In this document: positions 55,762 through 64,000 of the stretch, in pieces
Layout of the letters: each line of letters opens with the position of its first letter
How positions within the stretch are numbered: the stretch's first letter is position 1
Source: an uncultured delta proteobacterium
Lineage (GTDB): Bacteria > Myxococcota > UBA727 > VGSZ01
Reading direction: 5' to 3'
NCBI GenBank assembly: GCA_963775425.1
Contig: CAVZJB010000012.1
Location: 32,001-96,000 of the forward strand
Length of the DNA: 64,000 nt
Position numbers and translations under genes: made by a program
Notes under the pieces: generated by a model
Told to the model about the DNA's origin: nothing
Database searches by the model: none
Seen by the model: only the letters and a program-made list of their open reading frames with translations

Positions 55762-58392
55762 GTGCAAGGAGTGCCTGACGCATTCTGGGGGAAGCTTTCG
55801 CGGGACGAGCCTCCCTCGTGGCACCCGCTAGAGGACCACTGTGCGGATGTGGCAGCCGTGTGCGCGGCATTGCTCGAGCTCCCGATCTGGCGCCGCCGAT
55901 TTGCGCGCCACGCTGGATGGGACGTCCTTGATGACGTGACGGTCGCGCGGCTGGTGGTGCTCGCGGCACTTCACGACATCGGCAAGCTGAACCTCGGCTT
56001 TCAGGCGAAGGGACGACCCGATCTTGGTGTGCCAGAGCGCGGGCACGTCGTCGAAGGCTTCGGAATCCTGCACAAGGGATCGGACGAGGCATTCACGGCG
56101 CTCGGCGCTGGTGCGCTCGACGCGTGGGGCGCCGCCGTTTCCGATCTGTTCGAGGCGAGCATAGCGCACCACGGGCGGCCACCAGAGCCGACCTCGATCG
56201 ACTTTCAGCAGGCATGGTGGGCTGCGCGCGGCGGTCTCGCTCCCCTCGCCGGCCTGCGCGACCTACGCGCGCGGGTCGAGTGCTGGTCACCGCTCGCGTT
56301 CAAAACCGACGGGCGCGAGTTGCCGGATGCGCCAGCGTTCACGCACGCGTTCGCCGGGCTCGTCATGCTCGCAGATTGGCTCGGCTCGGATACCCGCTTC
56401 TTCCCGTACAGCGAGCAGCGGAGCGACGATCCCTCGGCGCGGTTTTCCTGGGCACTCGTGCGCGCGCGTACGGCGCTCGCCGAGACCGGCATCGCAGTCG
56501 AGGGGGCGCGCAAGGGGCTCAGCCGGCGTGACACCTTCAGTGCCGTAAGCGAGCACGCGCCGAACGCGGCACAGCGCGCATTGGCGAACCTGCCTTTGCC
56601 GGTAACCGATTCGAGCAGCATCTGTGTGCTCGAGTCGGAGACCGGCTCGGGAAAGACCGAAGCGGCGCTCGCGCGTTTCGTCACATTGTTCGCCGCCGGC
56701 CTCGTCGATGGGCTCTACTTCGCGCTACCCACGCGGACGGCAGCGACGCAGATTCACGGGCGCGTGGTGAAAGCGGCGCAGCGCGCGTTCGCGTCGCCGC
56801 CGCCCGTGGTGCTCGCGGTCCCAGGGTATCTGCGCGTCGACGACGTCGCCGGGCGACAACTGGCTCCCTTCCAAGTGCTCTGGCCGGACCAAGACCGCTT
56901 TCGGTTTCGAGCGTGGGCCGCGGAGCAGCCGAAGCGCTTCCTCGCAGGCGCCATCGTCGTCGGCACCATCGATCAGGTGCTGCTCTCTTCGCTACAGGTC
57001 GGCCACGCGCATCTGCGCGCGACCGCACTGCAACGACACCTGCTCGTTGTCGACGAGGTGCACGCATCGGATGCGTACATGACGCGCATTCTCGAGGAGG
57101 TGCTCGCGCATCACGCCGCGGGCGGCGGGCACGCCCTGTTGCTGTCGGCCACGCTCGGCGCGGAGGCGCGGTCGCGCTTGCTCTCTCCCAACGCAGGCTT
57201 CTCACTCGCTCGGCCGTCGCTCGCAGAGAGCATCGATGCACCGTACCCGGCGCTGACGTGCGCGGGAGCACACGTGGCATCCATCGTCCACGATGGGCGC
57301 GTCCGCGATGTCGAGGTTCGGCCTACGCCGTTGCTCGAGCATCCCAATGCGGTGGCGCAGGCCGCGCTCGAGGCAGCGGCGGAAGGAGCCAAGGTTCTGG
57401 TCCTGCGCAACACCGTGGCGGACTGCCTCGAGACGCAGGCCGGGCTCGAGGCGTGCGCGCAGGCGACTGGCCATGAGGATCTGCTCTTCTCGTGCAGAGG
57501 CGTGATCGCTCCTCACCACGCTCGCTACGCGCGCGCCGATCGCGTCGCGCTCGACGAGGCGATCGAGGCGCGCTTCGGCAAGGCCAGACCGGAGGGTGGT
57601 TGCGTCGTCGTCGCCACGCAGACGGTGCAGCAATCGCTCGATCTCGACGCTGACGTCCTGCTCACCGACCTGTGCCCGATGGACGTGCTCCTCCAGCGCA
57701 TCGGCCGCTTGCATCGGCACGAACGCATCCGTCCCGCGGGGTTCAACGGCGCCATCGTTCATCTTCTGGTGCCTGGGTCTCGCGATCTCGGCGCGCTCAT
57801 TCGGAGCGATGGGCGCGGGAGCCACCACCATGGGCTCGGCTCGGTTTACGACGACCTGCGTGTACTTGAGGCAACGTGGCGGTGCGTCGAGCGCACGCGG
57901 AACTGGACAATCCCGCACCACTGCCGACGCCTCGTCGAGCAGAGCGTGCATAGCGATGTTCTAGCGGAGATCGTGCGCGAGCTCGGAGGCGTGTGGGCAC
58001 TGCATGCACAGAGCATCCTCGGAGGCGTCAGCGGCCAAGCGCGTATCGCCGAGCTTGGCCTCGTCGACCGGACGAAGCCTTACGCGGCGATGCCGTTCGC
58101 GAGCGATCGAAAGATCCAGTCCAGGCTCGGGGAGAGCGATCGCCTAGTTTCGTTTGCGACAGGTTTCGTCGCACCTTTCGGCGACAAGGTCGACACGTTG
58201 TCGCTGCGGGCGGCGTGGGCGCGTGGGGCGGGGACGGATGAGACCGAGGCGACGGACGTGGAGCTGCTGGCGAGCGGCGGGGCGCGGTTCATGTTCGCCG
58301 ATCGGCGCTTCGTGTATGACCGTCTCGGTCTGCGCCCGCACGAGGAACCACAGATCGCGCCAACAATCAGAGGGGAGGACGACGATGCCTGA
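55762..58392 (+). CDS. cas3: CRISPR-associated helicase/HD nuclease Cas3
   Basis: HCADV, LHDIGK, LADWLGS, ETGSGKTE, DEVH, LSAT, QSLDLD, QRIGRLHRH. Confidence 0.96.
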   Translation: MQGVPDAFWGKLSRDEPPSWHPLEDHCADVAAVCAALLELPIWRRRFARHAGWDVLDDVTVARLVVLAALHDIGKLNLGFQAKGRPDLGVPERGHVVEGFGILHKGSDEAFTALGAGALDAWGAAVSDLFEASIAHHGRPPEPTSIDFQQAWWAARGGLAPLAGLRDLRARVECWSPLAFKTDGRELPDAPAFTHAFAGLVMLADWLGSDTRFFPYSEQRSDDPSARFSWALVRARTALAETGIAVEGARKGLSRRDTFSAVSEHAPNAAQRALANLPLPVTDSSSICVLESETGSGKTEAALARFVTLFAAGLVDGLYFALPTRTAATQIHGRVVKAAQRAFASPPPVVLAVPGYLRVDDVAGRQLAPFQVLWPDQDRFRFRAWAAEQPKRFLAGAIVVGTIDQVLLSSLQVGHAHLRATALQRHLLVVDEVHASDAYMTRILEEVLAHHAAGGGHALLLSATLGAEARSRLLSPNAGFSLARPSLAESIDAPYPALTCAGAHVASIVHDGRVRDVEVRPTPLLEHPNAVAQAALEAAAEGAKVLVLRNTVADCLETQAGLEACAQATGHEDLLFSCRGVIAPHHARYARADRVALDEAIEARFGKARPEGGCVVVATQTVQQSLDLDADVLLTDLCPMDVLLQRIGRLHRHERIRPAGFNGAIVHLLVPGSRDLGALIRSDGRGSHHHGLGSVYDDLRVLEATWRCVERTRNWTIPHHCRRLVEQSVHSDVLAEIVRELGGVWALHAQSILGGVSGQARIAELGLVDRTKPYAAMPFASDRKIQSRLGESDRLVSFATGFVAPFGDKVDTLSLRAAWARGAGTDETEATDVELLASGGARFMFADRRFVYDRLGLRPHEEPQIAPTIRGEDDDA

Positions 58393-59947
58393 GATGATTC
58401 ATGATTTGCTGAACGAGCCAATACTGTCGTGGCGCGATGCGAAAGGCACGATCGCAAAGACCACGCTGCCTGGACTACTTGCGCGGCTCGGCGACGGCGC
58501 CTGCGTCGACTTCCCGCGCACACGCCCGCACCAGCACCACCCATGGGCAATGTTCCTGACGCAACTCGCGGTGCACGCGCTGAAGAAGGGTGGCGCGATC
58601 GATCCGCGGCAGAGCGAGCGATGGTGGCGCGAGCACCTGCTGGCGTTGTCTGGCGGGGCGGCAGAGGCGTGGCATCTCGTCGTCGAGGATTTGACGAAGC
58701 CGGCGTTTCTCCAGTCGCCGGTGCCCGAGGGCGCGTTGGTGAAGAAGGCCAAGGCGGGCAAGAAGGGCGCTCCGTGGGAGATCATTGCGCACGCCGACGA
58801 GCTCGATGTTCTCGTGACGAGCAAGATCCACGACGTGAAGGAGGGCGTCGTGGCGCGCGAAGATCACGAAGAGTGGGTCTATGCACTCGTTGTTGTGCAG
58901 ACGACGCAGGGCTATCCGGGCCGCGGCTATAATGGCGTCGCCCGCATGAACGGCGGCTACGGGAATCGTCCGCGCGTCGGCCTCTCACCGGGGTTGGATC
59001 CATCGCGGCGCTTCACCCGCGACGTAGCAGTGATGCTCGATGAGTGGCCGAAGCTGACGAAGGATCGCGGCTTCGCTGACGCAGGCGCCGGCGTGGTTTG
59101 GCTCCTGCCGTGGGACGGAGTGAAGTCGCTGGCGTTGACGGAGTTGGCCCCGCACTTCATCGAAATCTGCCAACGCCTGCGCTTCGAGCACGGAGACGAC
59201 GGCGTTGCAGCGCGGCGAACGACCAGCGAGCAGCGGAGGTGCGCGCCCGAGGTAGATAAGGGCGATGTCGGCGATGTTTGGATTCCTGTCGACGTCGCCG
59301 AGGCGAGCGCGTTTACCGCCGGCCCGTCCGGCTTCTCGTACGACAAGCTCGCCGCGCTGCTCTTTCACGACGGACATCGCGCCGCGCCGGCACAGGAGGC
59401 GCGCCCTGGCGACACCGACGTCATGTGGCTCGTGGCGTCCGCCCTCGCGCGCGGTCAGGGCAAGACTGAAGGGGTGCACGAGCGCCGATTGCGGCTCGTC
59501 GAACCCTTGCGAAGGCGCCTCGCCCAACGCGAAACGCGCGAGGCGCTTGCGACCCGCGCAAAGGAGCGGGTGGCGCGCGCCAAGCACCTCCGCTCGAAGG
59601 TTCTCTACCCGGCGCTTTGCCAGCTCGCTCGCGGAGACGAGGTACCGAAGGACGACTTTGGCGATCGAGTCGACGAAGTGTTCTTCGCTGAGCTGTTCGG
59701 CCACGTCGATGCCGACGACAAGGCGGCCAAGATGGCGTGGGACGTGAAGCTGCTCGTGCTTGCCCAGGCAGAGCTCGACCGAGCCATCGAGATGTGGCCG
59801 CTGCCCGACGCGCGCCGCTATCGCGCGGTGAGCGCGGCGACCGGCATGTTCGGCGGCTGTGCGCGCAAGCAAGCGCCCGACGCCTGGGCCGCGCTTCACG
59901 CGCGTGCCGACTATGACACCCAACAACCGACGGGAGACGTGGGATGA
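58385..59947 (+). CDS. cas8e: Type I-E Cascade large subunit Cas8e/Cse1
   Basis: Position after cas3; RPHQHHPW..FL.QLA, PAFLQ, ARMNGG, ARGQGKTEG.HER. Confidence 0.85.
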   Translation: MPEMIHDLLNEPILSWRDAKGTIAKTTLPGLLARLGDGACVDFPRTRPHQHHPWAMFLTQLAVHALKKGGAIDPRQSERWWREHLLALSGGAAEAWHLVVEDLTKPAFLQSPVPEGALVKKAKAGKKGAPWEIIAHADELDVLVTSKIHDVKEGVVAREDHEEWVYALVVVQTTQGYPGRGYNGVARMNGGYGNRPRVGLSPGLDPSRRFTRDVAVMLDEWPKLTKDRGFADAGAGVVWLLPWDGVKSLALTELAPHFIEICQRLRFEHGDDGVAARRTTSEQRRCAPEVDKGDVGDVWIPVDVAEASAFTAGPSGFSYDKLAALLFHDGHRAAPAQEARPGDTDVMWLVASALARGQGKTEGVHERRLRLVEPLRRRLAQRETREALATRAKERVARAKHLRSKVLYPALCQLARGDEVPKDDFGDRVDEVFFAELFGHVDADDKAAKMAWDVKLLVLAQAELDRAIEMWPLPDARRYRAVSAATGMFGGCARKQAPDAWAALHARADYDTQQPTGDVG

Positions 59948-60483
59948 GCGAGACCACACTTGAACGGCCGAGCGACGACGAACTCGTTCACCGCCTCGCT
60001 GCCGCGCTCGCCCAGGATGTCGGACGGCTCACGAGCGGCGACGTCGCCGCGCTACGGCGCATGGACCCGCGCCGCATCGACGCCGCCGGGTTCTGGAAGC
60101 TCGAGGCGCTCTTCCTCGAGGGTGTGCTCAAAGGGGAAGCGTATGCGCGCGCTCGACAAGAGACCCGCTGGGCAGCCGTGATGACCGGTCTCGCCGTGCT
60201 CGGACCGCTCCATCGCAGAGGAGCACGGCTCGGCGACGCGCTGCGCGCTGCCGGCCTCTCCGAGGTGCGTTTTGTGCGTCTGCTGCGGGCGGACGAGGAG
60301 ACGCTGCTCGACGAGCTTCCTTCGCTCGCGCGCCAGCTCGCGGCCAAGGGCACCGCGGTGGATTGGGCGGACGCCGCCCGACTGCTGCTCGTCGACGATA
60401 GAGACAGTGAGCGCGCCGAGCGTCACCGCCGCGCGCTCGCACGCGACTACTACCGAGACCCCGACACCAAGCCTTCGGCCTGA
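59944..60483 (+). CDS. cse2: Type I-E small subunit Cas11/Cse2
   Basis: GDVAALRRM...SEVRFVRLLRA...VDW...ARDYY. Confidence 0.88.
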   Translation: MSETTLERPSDDELVHRLAAALAQDVGRLTSGDVAALRRMDPRRIDAAGFWKLEALFLEGVLKGEAYARARQETRWAAVMTGLAVLGPLHRRGARLGDALRAAGLSEVRFVRLLRADEETLLDELPSLARQLAAKGTAVDWADAARLLLVDDRDSERAERHRRALARDYYRDPDTKPSA

Positions 60484-61735
<1,252 letters not shown>

Positions 61736-61739
<4 letters not shown>

Positions 61740-62491
61740 CACGCGTGCTCTTGCTGCGCCTCGACGCGCCGCTCGTCGCGTTCGGCGCGACGATGGTCGA
61801 CCAAAATGGAGTCGTGCAGCGGTTCCCGGCGCGCTCGCTTTTGACGGGGTTGTTTGCGAACGCGCTTGGCTGGGAGCACAGCGAGCACCAGAAGGCGCAG
61901 CGACTCCAAGCGCGCGTGCGCTTCGCGGCCCGCATCGACCGAGCCGGCGCAGCGCTCGTCGACTACCAGACCGTTGATCTCGGTCTGCCGTGGATGGATC
62001 CAGAACAGGCCGGGTGGACGACGCGCGGGCGCATCGCGGAGCGCGGTGGCGCTAGCAGCAAGGCAACGCACATCCGCTATCGGCATCACCGCGCCGATAG
62101 CGTTCATACCGTCGCCGTTGAGCTGGCCGGCGAGGACGACCCGGACGTCGAGGCCATGGCCGCGGCGCTGCGCGCACCCGCAAGGCCGCTGTTCATAGGC
62201 CGGAAGGCGTGTCTACCGGGAGCGCCGCTCGTCCTTCGCGTTGTCGATGCAATCAGCGCGCTCGCAGCGCTGGCGGCCGAGCCGCGACTCGTGTTGCGGC
62301 GGGGTGACAACGGCGCGCTGCTCGCGTGGTGGGACGAGGCGCTCGGCACCGAAGCGCAAGGCGTGCTCGGGCCGTTTGAGCCCGTCGTCGTCACAGACGA
62401 ACGAGACTGGCAGAACCAAATCCACGTAGGCCGGCGCTTCCTGACGCACGGCCGCGTTGACCCACCTCCTCCAGAGGCTCGCAATGCCTGA
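61736..62491 (+). CDS. cas5: Type I-E Cas5
   Basis: LLLRLDAPLVAFG...FPARSLLTGLFANALG...DYQT...PARPLFIGRKAC. Confidence 0.92.
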
Positions 62492-63254
62492 GAAGCTCCA
62501 TCTCGTGAAGATCCCGCTGCGCGCCGCTGCCCTGGTTCACATCGCGGAGCGCCGCGGCATCCCCTTGCGCGAGCTCGACGACGGTTACCTCGCCCACTGC
62601 CTGCTCACCGAGCTGTGGCAGGCGGAAGCGCCAACGCCTTTTCATCTGAAGGGGGCTGCTCTGAAAGGAGAAGGCGCTCGCGGCCGCGGGGTCATCGACG
62701 TGTGGGGTTACACCGGGAAGTCCGCCGAGGACCTCGCAGCCCATGCACGCGACTTCGGCGACCCCGTGCTGCTCGACGCAATCGATGGCGGACCGGCGTC
62801 GATCGCGAGCAAGGAGATGCCGCGCTTCGAGGTCGGGCGCCGCGTGGGTTTTCTGCTGCGCGCGTGCCCTGTGGTTCGGACAAAGAGCCCGCGCGAGCCC
62901 GGCCGCTCACGCGAGGTCGACGCATTCATCGCCGCTTGCACCAAGCACGAGGACGAGACGGTGGAACGCGAGCGCGTCTACGTCGACTGGCTGCGCGAAC
63001 GGCTGAAGGACAAGGGTGTGACCATCGAACGGCTCGCGCTCGCGGGCTTCTCCCGCGAGCGCCTGGTTCGCCGCACGCAAGGCGAACCGCGTGCGGCTAA
63101 AACCCTCGAACGGCCCGATGCACGGTTCGAGGGCGACCTGTGCATCGAGGATGCCGATGCCTTCACTGCGCTTCTTCGGCACGGCGTCGGCCGCCACCGT
63201 GCATTCGGCTTTGGGATGGTCGTCGTCGTACCGCCGGGGAACGGATGGTTCTGA
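62484..63254 (+). CDS. cas6e: Type I-E Cas6e/Cse3
   Basis: C-terminal Gly-rich loop GVGRHRAFGFGM; GFLLRACPV. Confidence 0.9.
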   Translation: MPEKLHLVKIPLRAAALVHIAERRGIPLRELDDGYLAHCLLTELWQAEAPTPFHLKGAALKGEGARGRGVIDVWGYTGKSAEDLAAHARDFGDPVLLDAIDGGPASIASKEMPRFEVGRRVGFLLRACPVVRTKSPREPGRSREVDAFIAACTKHEDETVERERVYVDWLRERLKDKGVTIERLALAGFSRERLVRRTQGEPRAAKTLERPDARFEGDLCIEDADAFTALLRHGVGRHRAFGFGMVVVVPPGNGWF

Positions 63255-64000
63255 AGGGCCGCCTCGGCCTAGAGACCGCACGCGTGCCTCACGCCGACCG
63301 GCACGGATGCATCTCGCTGAAGCGCGGCAACCTCTATGTTGAGGACGGCACGCTGCGCTTCAAGGCGGCGGGAGATGGCGATCTCGAGCCAGGCGACTAC
63401 GGCCTGCCGTTCCAGACGATCAGTGTCTTCTTTCTGGGGCCCGGCACGACGGTGAGCCACGATGCGCTTCGCCTCCTCGCGCGCCACGGGACGGCCCTGG
63501 TGGCAACAGGCGAGGACGGCGTGCGCTTCTACGCCTCGATGCCGTTTGGCGCTGATGCGTCAAAGCTCGCGCGCCGACAAGTTGAGCTCTGGGCGGACGC
63601 GCGGAAGCGTGTTTCCGTTGCGCGACGCATGTACGCGTGGCGCCTCGGCGAGGTTCTGCCGTCGACGGACATCACGGTTCTTCGCGGCATCGAGGGAGCG
63701 CGCGTCAAGACGATGTACAAGGCCCTGGCGCAGCAACACGGCATCGCATGGCAAGGACGCCGATATGACCGCGACGATCCAGAGGCGACCGATCGCGTAA
63801 ACCAGGCACTCAACCATACGGCGACGGCGCTGAGAGCCGCGGCGATGATCGCCGTTGCTGCGACATCGACCATCCCGCAGCTCGGCTTCATCCATGAAGA
63901 CTCGGGTAACGCATTGCCCCTCGACATCGCCGACTTGTATCGGGAGGCGGTGGCGTTGCCCGCCGCGTTTATCGCCGTCAAGCGCTTCGAGCAGCGACCG
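63245..64000 (+). CDS. cas1: Type I-E Cas1, partial (runs off the window)
   Basis: Read manually: MVLKGRLGLETARVPHADRHG...LGPGTTVSHDA...LRGIEGARV...NQALN...LGFIH...DIADLY. Confidence 0.95.
   Translation, partial: MVLKGRLGLETARVPHADRHGCISLKRGNLYVEDGTLRFKAAGDGDLEPGDYGLPFQTISVFFLGPGTTVSHDALRLLARHGTALVATGEDGVRFYASMPFGADASKLARRQVELWADARKRVSVARRMYAWRLGEVLPSTDITVLRGIEGARVKTMYKALAQQHGIAWQGRRYDRDDPEATDRVNQALNHTATALRAAAMIAVAATSTIPQLGFIHEDSGNALPLDIADLYREAVALPAAFIAVKRFEQRP

Overview
Very GC-rich bacterial chromosomal window; gene content suggests Myxococcota or a related deltaproteobacterium (inference from Ser/Thr kinases, Cys-rich and (GE)n lipoproteins, ECF sigma/zf-HC2 pair). It holds housekeeping fragments (hscA-fdx, atpD-atpC), several signal-peptide-less putative cell-wall enzymes (PG-binding+Tlde1/L,D-transpeptidase-like, PG-binding+CHAP-like, GH19), a ~13.6 kb giant Ig-repeat surface lipoprotein gene, two TolB-like lipoprotein paralogues and two internally deleted IS1182-like elements. 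At the right end is a type I-E cas operon (cas3 to partial cas1, no array in the window) preceded by a WYL regulator and a stand-alone DEDDh exonuclease. Best finding: a complete IS110 element (45272-46780) whose non-coding end folds like a bridge RNA with four guide segments matching its own circle junction and its insertion site. That site is the GTGA stop/start overlap of an ECF sigma gene, and the element supplies a new RBS and ATG. Four of seven apparent single-base indels fall at the same CAGATC->CAGAATC motif, pointing to a systematic (possibly methylation-linked) sequencing error rather than pseudogenes. All calls are by eye; no searches were run.
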